The position numbers and the translations under genes are program-made. 64,000 nucleotides of DNA from Amoebophrya sp. A120. Taxonomy: Eukaryota > Protista > Dinoflagellata. Shown here piece by piece: positions 10,422 to 21,883 of the stretch. How positions within the stretch are numbered: the stretch's first letter is position 1; each line of letters begins with the position of its first letter. A model generated the notes under the pieces. That model searched no databases and had not been told where the DNA came from. It saw only the letters and a list, made by a program, of their open reading frames with translations. The stretch is from NCBI GenBank assembly GCA_905178155.1, contig CAJINV010000001.1, positions 4,364,233 through 4,428,232 on the forward strand. Reading direction: 5' to 3'.

Positions 10422-13400
10422 TCAAGTTGTCCTCACACCGCCCTCGGGCGACGGCAAACTCAAAGAAGTCCCACTTTGATGTTCGGTCAAGCAGTAGCTG
10501 ACGTACCTCGCGTAAGTACCATTTTGCTTGAGCAGCTCTGCCGCTGTGCCCTCCTCAATTTTTTGCCCGTCCCGCAACACGAGCAATCGATTCGCAAAGC
10601 GGAAATTCGAAAGTCTGTGCGCGATGGTGACCAGACAGAACTGGTTGCTCTTGCGGATCGCCTCGAGACTTGCTTGCACCTCAGCCTGCGTCTTCTCGTC
10701 CAGCGCCGACGTAGCCTCGTCTAGAAGTAAGACTTGCGTATCAAATGCAAAAATGTCTGGGTCTGGAAACTTGTGATGCTGGGTGGCGTATCATGAGGAG
10801 GCCACAAGTGCTGGCTGAGCATGACAAGTTTCTGAGCTTCTTGGTGTTGCCTACTCTGCATGACAGACTGCGTTTCTGCATGACAGAAAAGTGGGGCTCT
10901 TGGGTAACGTGCATGACAGATTTAAGAGTCATGCGAGACAAGCATTACAAAGATGCACTCTTCCAGACCCAGTCCCAGACATTTTTGCATTTGATATTGC
11001 GAGGGTTTAAACAGCGCCCGAGCCAACGCCACGCGTTGCTGCTGACCACCGGATAGTTTGGAACCGTACTCCCCGACGTGCGTGTACCAGCCCTGCGGAA
11101 ACTTTTTCGCGTCGAAAAACGTGCTGCGGCACTGCGCAATCTCCATGACTTTCTGTACTCTCCTCTCGTACTGCGGCTCCCGATTGAGCGGGTGATTATT
11201 CTGCGGGGAAAGGGTTGCGGCAGATCCTGCAGATGCGCCGGATAAAGCTGGCGCAGCACCTCCAGGTCCGAGCAATTCGTTTGGCTTGCTGCCGTACATG
11301 ATGTTGTCTTTGATCGACCGCTCCAATAGCACCACATCCTGCGTGACCACACTGAACACCTTTCGCCGCAGCCACAGCGGTTCGTACTCCCGCAAGTCGT
11401 GGCCATTCAGAAGAATCCGTCCCTTATCCGGATCGTACACACGCAGCATAAGCAGGAAAACGGAGCTCTTCCCAGAGCCCGTTTGGCCCAGGATGCCCAG
11501 GTGGTCGCCTGCGGAGAGCTTGAAGGACACGCCGCGTAACACGCGAACAGCTGGCCTTATCAACTGTAAAAATGTCTGGGTCTGGAAAAATCCAACTTGT
11601 CATGCTGATTTTGGATTCTAGAAAAATCTGTATTGCATGATCAGCAAAGAGAGTCCAAGTTTTGCTACGCGGAAAGAGCATTTGTCATGCGGTATAGGCA
11701 TCAGGAAGCCCTCACAAAATCTGTGATGCTACGGCATGCATCACAGACATCAGGAGTCATGCAAAATGTGCATGACAAACCTGGCAATCTTCTAGACCCA
11801 GACATTTTTACATATTGATAGGCCTGGAGGGATAGCGAAAGGATACATTGTCAAAGTGCAGCTCTTTGAACTGAAACGGCAGCGGCAGTAGCTCGTGGTC
11901 GACACCGGGACGAGAGGACGTGCTGCTTTTCCTACTCAGCCTGCGTTGAAGGTGGTTTTTCTGATTTGAAGCCATGTTTGTTTCACTGCTGTCAGGCTTG
12001 TTCTCTCCCGCCCCCTCTTCGTTCCTCTCTGGTAGAAGCGTACTAACGGCCGACTTCATTGACAAAGCCGATTCCGCGGAAGAGGATGGCTCTTGCGGAT
12101 CATCCTCTTCTGCGTTTTGGCGTTGGTCCCCATCCTCGAAAAAAACCTCGGCAACCGGAACTCGATCCAACGCTCCGGCCGCCCGTCGTAGGCTGAATTG
12201 GTTTCGGTCGCCGGCATAATTCAGATGCACCTTGTATGGCCGCTCGCCGTCATGCTCCTCTTGGTCTTGTTTTCTTTCCGAGTTTCGATTCGAATTGTTC
12301 GGCTCTCCCATGATAGTACTATCCGGTTTTGTTATAGCGACACCGATCGCAGATATAGCCTTCGAACAATCTGGTGACAACGTCGACACATTTTGCTTTT
12401 GACCACCACGAGCCCGGCTGTTGTACAGCCCTATCCTGGGTTGTGCCTGCAACAGCGTCATGATCCGCTCTGCCGGTTCTAGGATCTCATCCCCGATCCC
12501 TTGTGCGCGCATACGGAGAAACCGGGCACTGTCGAAAGCGTTGTTGGCCATCAGAAGAAACGTGGATAGGTCTCCGAAGCCTAAGGTGTCCAGATCCGGA
12601 GTCATCAGGCCGTAGGGGTCGTCCTCAGAAGGGGCTGATTGCGACTGCTCCTGGGCCTGCACGGCTGCGACCTTCAAGTGGTCGTCTGGGGGTGGTGAAA
12701 TAACTTCAGATGATCCTTGCGTGCCTGCAGGGCCGCTTGCGTGCCGAGACGCGGGACTCACACTTGGAGCGGCCGTGCTGGTAGTCACTTGTTCCTTGCC
12801 GCTTTCGACGACTTGAAATATTACGCCCGCTGTTCTTGCGAGCTGCAGGACAAACTGCACCACAGGAGCGAGTGATCCGGAGCTGTTCGCAGCAGCAAAA
12901 GCCATCAGCCTGCTTTTCGCTCTTTCAATCACTCCGAAAGTGGCTCTCCCGGTACCCCGGCCGTCGGTGCCATCGTCGGAAGTAAAATCATCCGGACTCG
13001 ACGCGTCGATGATCAACCTGCCGCCGTACCACAAAACCAGCATCTCGATCGCGTTCGCCAAAAACGGTTCGATCGGCGTATGGCTTGATCAGATGTTACA
13101 ATCTCAAACGTTACAATAGAATCTGGAATTTGTCATGCTTGAACAGCATGAGTACCATACAGAGGCTTGGGCTTTTCGCAATACAAATTTCGTCAGATTC
13201 TCACGGGGTTTGGGGCTCCGAAACTTGTAATGCGCGCTCCTTTGGGAGTAGGCCAGATGTTGCGGATTTTGCAACACAAATTCCAAATTCTATTGTAACG
13301 CTTGAGATTGGAACACCTGAGCGGTTTATACGGCGCAAACAGCTTGTACAGCATGGACCGTTGGTTCTCGTCCCGATTATGAAGTGCAAAAATGTCTGGG

Positions 13401-15857
13401 TCTGGAAGAATGTGAACTTGTCATGCTAAATCTAAATGATGCAAAAATCTGTGTTGCGTGAGTGCCAAAAGCCGTCCGCTTTTGACCAAGTTGAGAGGGT
13501 TTTTCTCATGCAGGAAAGGCATGATAGAGACCTCAAAGAATCTGTCATGCTGGGTCTCGCATTGCAGACCTCATGGGTCATGGAAAACCTGCATCACAAA
13601 TCTTGCATTCTTCCAGACCCAGACACTTTTACATTTGATACCGATCTAAAACGCGCAAAAAATTCGCGAAGTTTTCCACTTCTTCCGGCTCGCGACCAAA
13701 AATGCGGATCGTCAAGAAGGCTCGCGGCTGCGTCAACGCCTTCCACACTTGATTCATCTTGCCCCGGAGATCCGCCGCGACGTAGACCACTTCCAAGTGG
13801 TCTTGCCACTTCTGCAACTGGATGGAGAGGAACAATTTCAGCGGCATCAGCGTGAACACGAAGAGAGACAACTTTTCGTTCTTCTGCCACAGGATCGACA
13901 GGGACGACAGCGTGCGACCCAGCGCCTCCAAGCACTCCACCGGGTAGTCCAGCAGCGTCGTCACCACGGTGCCGCAATTTCCAATGATCTGGCGCTGCTC
14001 CCACATGTCGCGCGTCTCGAAGAAGTGGTAGTCCTGGGTCAACAAACTCTCAAACAGCTTCACTTTGAGCGTTCGGATCAGTTCTTGCTTGCCCAAACTG
14101 GAAAACTGGTCGCGGAGGAGGGACGACAGGATCGCGGTGATTTCCACAATCAACATCGCGAACACGGTTTTCCGCAGCTGCGTTTTCTTCAGCTGCAGCA
14201 CCGCCCGGACGGGGGACAAGCCGCCGTGCTGACTTTCTTTACGAGCGAGATTTACCGACCAGAAGAGGTCCTTCGCGAGATTCAGAATTTCCGCCTGGTA
14301 GAAGTACCGCGAGGTGTCCAGCGCACCGGATATGAGGGAAAAAAAGGAGCTGAGAACAATGTAAACCATCTTTCGGTAGTCGAGTTGCCAAGACTTCAAG
14401 GGATTCTGTTCAAGATGACCATCGACAACCGCATTGCTTCGCCGCTCTTTGAACAACAAATGCTCGGTGAGCAGGCGGTATACGACCCGGAGTCTGTTCC
14501 CGTAAAACTCCCTTGTTGCCTTGTTTGCTTCTGCGAGTTCCGGCGCGAAAATCCGTGCGGTTAGGTGCATATCGCGGTGAAAGCGCGTGAATTTTCCGTT
14601 GGAGAAAAGTTCTGTCTCAAACTCCTCGCATTCCGTGATCTTCTGCTTGAGTTCACTGAAAAAACTGGTGGCGGACGGCGTACAACTCAGCGGGACTTGC
14701 TTTTGAGCAGCATCTTCATCTGCAGTGGTGGCAAGATTTTCGTCTTGTTTATTTTGCACCTTGTCCAATAGCATCCGCAGTTCCAGCTTCAACAAACAGG
14801 CGACGACAAGCGCGCCGCACACGAGCATCGGGTCCCGGGGAGCGCACTTGCCCAACGCTTCGACGCTGCGAAAAGCATCTTCTGCAGTCATTGGGAGCGA
14901 TACCAGACTGGTTGCGCTGCCGCCACCGCCTCCGCTCTCGAGAGAGGGTCGTCGGTGTTCGTCCAAGGACGCCACAGAGGCCGTAGTCGGCGAGCCGTGG
15001 AGGTTAGGACTCGTTTTAGTATTGGAAATTTCATCTCTTTGTTCCTGCCGGTGTACGCTTTCGGGGTAATCCGCCAACTGATTGCTCTGCAGAGAAGTGG
15101 AGCTGAGGCTGGTTTCTTGCGCACCCGAGCGCGACTGCGCAAGCAGGGATATGATCCCAGGAGCCGAGCCGTCGTGTTGTTGTGCGGAGGCTGCAGATGG
15201 AGGAGCGAAAAGCTTCTCCAGGTCTGCGAGCAGGAGGCCTTCTGAAGCTGCATTGGAATCATTTCTGACAGCATCCGGTGCAGCTCCATTGTTGTGTTCA
15301 ACACCGATTGCTGTCGCACTGGCAGTGCTCCATCGATGTAGTGCAAGCAGATAGTATCGAATCGTTTCTGACTCGGTTTTGCTTCTGCTGGAATCATTCT
15401 CTGGTGCAGTTCTCGTCCTCTTGCTCGTCCCAGCAAAACCTGCGTGGTCCCCCTTACTTGTCTTTGAAGCCTTTCTTGCTGTTCCTCCAAAGCACAAATG
15501 CAGCAATCGGTGCCGCAAGACACAAACGCGGACGATCTCCCGGCAGCTGTTTCGGCGTTCCTGCCTTTCATGCAACAGATACTCGTCTGCGGAGTCGGCG
15601 GCACGAAGTTCACGAAAATAGCTAGTGGCCGTCAAGAAAAAGAGGCCACCCAACAGATACGGCCCGTGCTGAGTGACAGTCTCGGTGCGCGGCGGCCAAG
15701 GGCCGACCAAATGTCGAACTTTGTCCCAGAAGGCCCGAAAAAATCTCGGCGAGAGGCTCGATGCTGTGCTGTGACGGGCAAATTTCGCGAAATAGTAGAA
15801 AAGAGCTGCGAAGAGGAAGAGCAACAGCTTCTTCGCCCTCGCGGTGATCAATTCCAT
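10422..15857 (-). CDS. ABC half-transporter (ABCB/TAP-like, TMD-NBD) split by 4 introners
   Basis: Walker A GQTGSGKS, signature LSGGQQQRVALARA, and Walker B VLLLDEATSALD, which is in frame only after introner removal. FRYPSRP/AVRVL junction also restored. Confidence 0.92.
10739..10996. mobile_element. Introner family F1, 258 bp (inverted relative to the other F1 copies)
   Basis: TIR TATCAAATGCAAAAATGTCTGGG. TSD TTGCG. Removal (263 nt) gives FKPSQ/VLLLDE. Confidence 0.95.
11558..11820. mobile_element. Introner family F1, 263 bp
   Basis: TIR TATCAA..TGTAAAAATGTCTGGGTCTRGA. TSD GGCCT. Removal (268 nt) restores frame. Confidence 0.95.
13079..13330. mobile_element. Introner family F5, 252 bp
   Basis: TIR containing CAATCTCAARCGTTACAATAGAATYTGGAATTTGT. 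TSD CGGCG. Removal (257 nt) gives LFAP/IEPF. Confidence 0.92.
13378..13640. mobile_element. Introner family F1, 263 bp
   Basis: TIR ...AAAARTGTCTGGGTCTGGAAG. TSD CCGAT. Removal (268 nt) gives VLDR/DENQ. Confidence 0.95.
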
Positions 15858-16260
15858 TCCTTCTGGCTTTTGAAGATTTGCAAAAATATTTTGCCCTCCT
15901 TGCACACAGCTGCAGCTGCTCTTCGTCTATCTCAAGCTCAGTGCTGCGAAAAAAGCTATAACAAAACTTGAAAAAACTACAAATGAAAAGCGAGAAAGAA
16001 AAAAAGTCGGGCTTCGCATCCTAGATCTGGACAGAAGTAGAACTGGACCTGAGGGTAGTCGAACACGCACAGTTGTTTCACATCCCGCCCTGGTACATGC
16101 TTCTACGACGCGGAAGCTACACACTTCCATCCACACCACATCCACTGGCGCATTTGCATGACGACAAAAAGGTGGAAAAATGTAAAACGCAACTCTGTCC
16201 AGTCCTGCGTGCAACGATTACGAACGTGCTGTGTCTCTCATCTTTCTCGTAGCACATCCG

Positions 16261-17178
16261 CTAGGACACGTCCGTTGAAAATACGGCCACCCCCGCGGCC
16301 CCGACCGTACTGGAGACTTTCTCAAGGTGCAACAGCGGTTGCAACTTTTCCATGTTGGACGGGATGCGGTAGACCCCGGCCTGCTGGTCCGCGACGTACA
16401 CCGCCCCGTCGCCGTTCCACGCGCACCCCAGCCCCGCGGACAGACCGGCGCTTACCGCCATGGGCGTGCCGCCCCATTTCTTTAGCGCAAAGAGGTTCGC
16501 GCCGCCGTCTGTGTAGAAGACATTGGATGGGGTGACGCACACTCCCTGCACGACGTCCGTTATCGCCGCGTCCGGGAGCTTGGTGAGCACGGGCGCCTCG
16601 GAGGGCGGCGTCAGGAGCCCCCTAAAAATACTCCCCGTGGAGAGCGCTTGCTGCCCGTTCCCGTAAAACAAGCTGCGGCCGTCCACGTCGATTCCTGCCG
16701 GGTATTTCAGTTCCGGCAAGCCGATCGGGTTGGCCGTGGTCTCGCCCTGGTAGGTCACTTTGCAGGAACCGTCCGACGCCTGCAGGTCCACGGCACAAAT
16801 GAAGTTGCTGTCCTTTTCCGTGAGGAACAGCCTCTGGCTTCGCGGGTCCACGGCCGACCAGTAGGCTTCAATGTTTCGTGCCGTCTCCGTGGCGGACCCG
16901 GCGGTGAGCTCGGTTTTGCTCGAGGCACTGAGCGAGTAGCGGAAAACCTTTTGGGCCGCAACGTCGGTTACGTAGAGCGTGTTGGTTTTCGTGTCGAAAG
17001 AAAGTCCGTGTGGCTGCTGCAGACCCTCCGAAATTAATTCCTTCGCCGCCGGCTCGCCGGGTACGATGTACTTGACCGCTCTCTCTCCGGGAACCGTTAC
17101 CAACACGAAATCCGTCGGCGCCGCTACTGCCACACGGGCGAGGAGAGTAAACCCGACGGTGAAGAAAGAGTTCAACAT
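16261..17178 (-). CDS. Secreted beta-propeller (NHL/YWTD-like) protein
   Basis: Signal-peptide-like N-terminus. Repeats such as LQQPHGLSFD..LYVTD, LKYPAGIDVD and AVYVAD. Confidence 0.75.
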   Translation of the reverse strand: MLNSFFTVGFTLLARVAVAAPTDFVLVTVPGERAVKYIVPGEPAAKELISEGLQQPHGLSFDTKTNTLYVTDVAAQKVFRYSLSASSKTELTAGSATETARNIEAYWSAVDPRSQRLFLTEKDSNFICAVDLQASDGSCKVTYQGETTANPIGLPELKYPAGIDVDGRSLFYGNGQQALSTGSIFRGLLTPPSEAPVLTKLPDAAITDVVQGVCVTPSNVFYTDGGANLFALKKWGGTPMAVSAGLSAGLGCAWNGDGAVYVADQQAGVYRIPSNMEKLQPLLHLEKVSSTVGAAGVAVFSTDVS

Positions 17179-18713
17179 GGCGACAAATCGAGATTCAGCG
17201 TTGAAGTATAGTCCCTCGCGTTTTTTCTCTCCACGCCGGCTATTTGGTCTCTCCGCAGAGTGGCAAGCTGAAGCTGGTCACTTTTCGCGAATCAACATCT
17301 TCCATTATGGACGGGTAAAAGTACGCTATTTAGCAGAGTCTGCTTGACGCACGCCGTGCACAAATTGCAGGTAAGTAGATGAGTGCGCGCATTCTCTCAC
17401 GCTCTTTTCATTCCCAGTCGGTTCGTCAATTACAATCATTCTGACAGACGTGCAGGGGAGAAACCCCTCAACGCTCCGTGTTGGTCAGGACTGGATCATA
17501 TGGAAATGAACAGGTATAAAACCTACCCCAATGAGGACCGACGTACAGTCAGGCAGACTATACTGCCACTGCGGAGAGAGAGCTATGCTCTTCCGCGCCT
17601 CCTGTTTTACTTTCTATGCGTGTTCATCACTGCCAAACCAACTTTTTTGGACAACATAGAGTTGCAGATACGATAGCCCACTATGCTTTCAAATGGAGTA
17701 TGTTTGTACAGTACTCTACATGTTTATCCTGAAACTCTACCAAATTGATGTGAGTCCAGAGCCGGCACTTTCACTTCGTAGTTTTTGTGGCCTCTTTTTG
17801 GTCATGTAGGAGTAGGAAACTATATCGCTTCAACAACAACAATTTGCATTTTACATGCACCACTTCACTTCAGTAGTTAGTACTAGAACTGGTAGACAAA
17901 GACTTGCATATATTGTACAGTATCCTGATTTTTCATATCGTACGACGCCTCAACCTCAAAGCGGCTTGTACAACGGATCCGATTCGGCTTCTAGCAGCGT
18001 GGTTCCGTACGCTTTCGTAACCCGGTGGCTCATTGGCATTTGTTTCTCGGATTTCACCAGCCGAGACTTCGGACTCGGCATCGGCGAATCTTTCAGGTAG
18101 TTGGGCAGAAACGGCTTCACGGTGGACTTTTTCTTTTCCGTGCGGACAATCTCCGTCATTTCCGCAATCTGTGCCTTCCGTTCCAGGTAGGCACACATGC
18201 TGCAGATCAGGTAGTTTTCCTGCGCGCAGTAGAACCTGATATTTTTTGATTTTGACTTGCACACGACATTGACAATGACAACTCTACTCCCAAAACCACG
18301 GGGCGTTTGCACTTCGTTCCGTCGTTGTTGATGCACGAAGGTAATCTACCATAGCGAAGAACAACACGCGAAACTGAATTTTCAGAGTACGCTGTCTTCG
18401 CCGTGAGATTCTCACATGAGATGTTGCATTTCGCGCAGACGAACCCGACCGGGCTGTAGTGGTATGGAGTTTTCAAGAGTTGTGCGATCGAGATCGGCGT
18501 GAGCATATTGCCCATTGGTGAAATCGCACAGGCCTCCGCATGGATCATGGCCTCCTGGGTTCGGTTCAGCGTGGCAAGCCCCCCGAGCGATTCCGCCATC
18601 ATGTCGATTGATACCTGTAGAAGTAGAAGACAGGAGTCGTAAAAAAAGCAAAACAGGTTTTTCTTCCTCACTTTACCACAGCGCAACAGAAAATACCAAA
18701 CGCAAAACATCTA

Positions 18714-19043
18714 TCATCCATAGGATGGATATGTGAAAAATACGTCTCCATTCCACATGGCTTCGGCGTAGGCTTGCTTGGCGGGTATGATGCTTTCCAT
18801 CAGAACACAAAACTCGTCGAAGTCTATGGCGCCGTTTCGGTCTGCGTCAAAGTGCTTGAAAATGTCCATTACCGCTTTTGGACAGCTTTCCTTGCCCATC
18901 TGTGCGAAGAACGCGAGGAATTCGTCCATGTCGAGCGTTTCGTCGCCGTTGGTGTCCAAGCGGCGAAACAAGACGGCCATCTTATCGCGGTACCCCGAAC
19001 GAGCCTCGTTGGCGGCCATAAAGGACGTCGTGGCTGTGTTCAT
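18714..19043 (-). CDS. Exon with two EF-hands; probably part of a larger multi-exon gene (~17930-19570) that I could not resolve
   Basis: Loops DTNGDETLDMDEF and DADRNGAIDFDEF. Confidence 0.8.
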   Translation of the reverse strand: MNTATTSFMAANEARSGYRDKMAVLFRRLDTNGDETLDMDEFLAFFAQMGKESCPKAVMDIFKHFDADRNGAIDFDEFCVLMESIIPAKQAYAEAMWNGDVFFTYPSYG

Positions 19044-19799
19044 GTAGAAAGGGAAAGCAGTGCTGGCATATTATTCATTCCTTTACAGAAAGAGAAGGGG
19101 CAGGACTTTCTACCACCTCCAAACTTTTTAATTCTATTTGAAAACCGAAGTTATACCATGCTTGCTCGGACTGAGCAATCCCGCCTGCGCTGACATGCTC
19201 ATTTCGCGGCCAAAGGACTTGTGCTTTCCAACAGACATTGAAGGCGTGCATCCATCCCCATAGCCGCGTTTTGCGGAACCTGAATCATTCCATGGAGTAA
19301 AAACTCGGCGACTCATTGAAAGCCAAGATACTGCAACTTCCGCTTCACAGACTTCTTGTCTCAACCTCGTCTTCAAAAATTTCAAGGTTTTGCTTTTTTG
19401 AGTAGTTGTTTGCTCGTAGTTTCATTTTCATTTATACCGAAAGTCGTCAGACCGGGGCTCTTCGGATGAAAGTCGTCCTTCGTTGGAATCTGGACGCTGA
19501 GTGTGGTCGGACTCCCTCGCGCCGTTCGCTGCGGAGTCACAGCGGGGGAGGAAACGTTCGTGTCAGCCGTCATATTGAATTCTGGATGTGCTTATCTGCG
19601 GCGTCGGCAGACGTACGTACCTGCACTACATTCCTAATTTGCACACGGCTTTGCAGTTTTCGCCTTGGTGTAGGAGGGTGGCTATGTCGTATTGCTCATG
19701 GATGCCTCGTCTTGCTCTTCCTCTTTTCCCTCTTCTTCATGATTTTCATTTTTTCCTCAGATAGAAGAACACAAGCAAACTCAGACGCTAGAACCCCGG

Positions 19800-21340
19800 C
19801 GCCTCGTGAGGGCATCAACGTCTGACTTAAGGACAGAAGCCAGCTCCGGCAAAACGCAACCCACTGCAATCAGAATCAATAAAGAAGAGTCGGGCCCTAC
19901 CTTCGCACTCCTCAGGCTGGCAAGACAAACCCTCCCTGGTGGCTCCTACGGCTCCCCCGTAATGAGAATGAAACGAAGGCCAGCTCGGCAGCCCTGCTGA
20001 GCGCCGTTCCCGCCCGGGCGACAGGCTTGCGCGGGGAGCCCTCTCTCACGTCGCGAGAGGCTAACTGAGAGAGTACTCGCGTGCGGGCGGAGTCCCTAAA
20101 ACGCCGCCACACAGAATACGCAAAGGGGCAAAGAGGCCGCCCTACAGAATCGCACAGCGCGCCGACGGGCGGGGGCGGCCAATGGGTGCCCAAGCATTTG
20201 GGGCAAAACGCAGCGGGTGGCCATGCGATCTGGCCCGCTCCCTTGCGCGCCGCCAAGGCACCCCCGCCATACTGGGACGCAGCCCGGGCCCAAAACACCC
20301 GCGCAATGGGTGGCAGGCTGGGCAGCGCGCAGAGGTGAGGGCCGCGAAGGGGCCGAGCAAGCGTGTAGCGCGGCGGTTTCTTCGGAGCGGGCCCAACGAA
20401 CGCGATCGGGTTGGTCGCATGCCAATGAAGCGAGCGCGGCCTTTGTCGCTCCGTGGCTGTGCCGGATTCGGAAATCCCTCCACAAGGAAAAAGCACAAAG
20501 GCCCCGCTGAAGTGCCGCGCCCCGCGCCCCGGCCCGGGCGGCCCATCGTTCCCCCGGCCCGACCGGCCGGGGACCACACAAGGCAAGGCAGCGCCCTGCC
20601 TCCGAAGAAAATCGCCGCGATGGCCAAGCAAGGCAGCGCCAGGAAAGGGGTGGCGACTTTGAAAGGCGGGCCGCGGCGGGGCTCTTCACCCGCGCGCAGG
20701 CATGCCCCGCGGCCGCGGCGCATATCAATCAGCCAAACTGCGCGGCGGCATATTCCCCAAGATGCGCGCGAAAAAATCCCCGTAGCTGTCTTCTTCACAG
20801 CGGGGCGCGGACTCGTTACGCGCCGGCACCTTCCCGAGCGCCGGCGCGCATGGCGGGGTCGTGCCCAGTTTTCGCATTTGATACGTGGAACCCCCAGCAA
20901 AAACCTCGGCAGTCAGTCCCTTCCTCTTTCGCGTCAGTCATCTCCTCTTTCGCGTCCACTCGTCGCCCGCGGGAAACTGCTCGGCGACATGCATGGGCTT
21001 GCTCGGGACAAAAGCCATCCGCCCCTGCCTGCGTCCGTGGGCCACCCCGGGAGGCACAGCCAGGCGAGGGCGCTCCCTCTTTCTGATCACATGGCGAGCG
21101 ACAGGGCAGCAACTGGCGCCCTCCAATGTACGGGCTAGGCGGGCGCTGGGGGCCTGGCGGCACCTCTCTCCCTCAACCGTATCCGGCCAAGGGGCGCACT
21201 CCAAGCGCGACGCGACGCCCTTCCCTTGCTCGAACAACGCGAAGCCCTCTCCGTGCTCCCGCCGCGTCCTATATCACGCTCGAACGATCAGAGTGGTAGC
21301 GCTCCTGCGGTCGTCAAGCACAAAGGCAGCACGGTAATAA
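19800..21340. other. Very GC-rich island with no credible ORF; possibly a decayed mobile element
   Basis: Abrupt compositional shift. Ala/Arg/Gly/Pro-rich ORFs overlap in many frames. Boundaries approximate. Confidence 0.45.
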
Positions 21341-21883
21341 ACAGCGCGCGCCATAGAGCCCACTGCGTCGGAAATGCACTTCAGTTTGGGCTTCAAAAAC
21401 TGCCGAGGCGAACACCACCGGAGGCACTTCCTCGTGCTCTTGCGGACAGTTCTACAAGCTGCAATTGGCAACTCCAACTTCCTTTCCAAGAAGGATATAT
21501 CACAACTTGTTCTCGAGCAAGGAGAAGAGTTTTTCTCACGTGCTGACAATGTGGATAGATCTGAGATTCCTGACAAATTTACATTAAAATCAATCATGTT
21601 CATCAGTTAGTTGGCTTTTACGCATCGACGTCCACTTTGGGCATCTCTATCAACACATCTTGTGTGTCCATCTCCAACTGAGTGTAAAGCGTAAATGATA
21701 TCAATCTTCGACAATAAAAAGTAAGGTAATAGCCCTCTTCGACAGAATAAAAAAATAATTTCTCACGAATGTTGGAGGTCGAGATCATCTTGAACGTGAT
21801 AGTACACTTGCAGCACTGACTTGCATTAGCATGCACCGCATTCCTAATTTTGCGTGACTGCTTCACACTACTTCCGCCACTTT

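Noticed and set aside
13417-13450. TTGTNATGC(AAA) resemblance to the metazoan Sox-Oct composite site
   Set aside because: Probably coincidental; nothing in this window supports such factors.
20096-21138. Long overlapping ORFs of 210-318 aa
   Set aside because: Expected from stop-codon scarcity in GC-rich DNA; no recognisable domains.
19683-21354. GC island as a giant TAT...ATA introner (TATGTCG...CGCCATA)
   Set aside because: Flanks GTGGC/GAGCC match only 3 of 5, there is no extended TIR, and no frame is restored.
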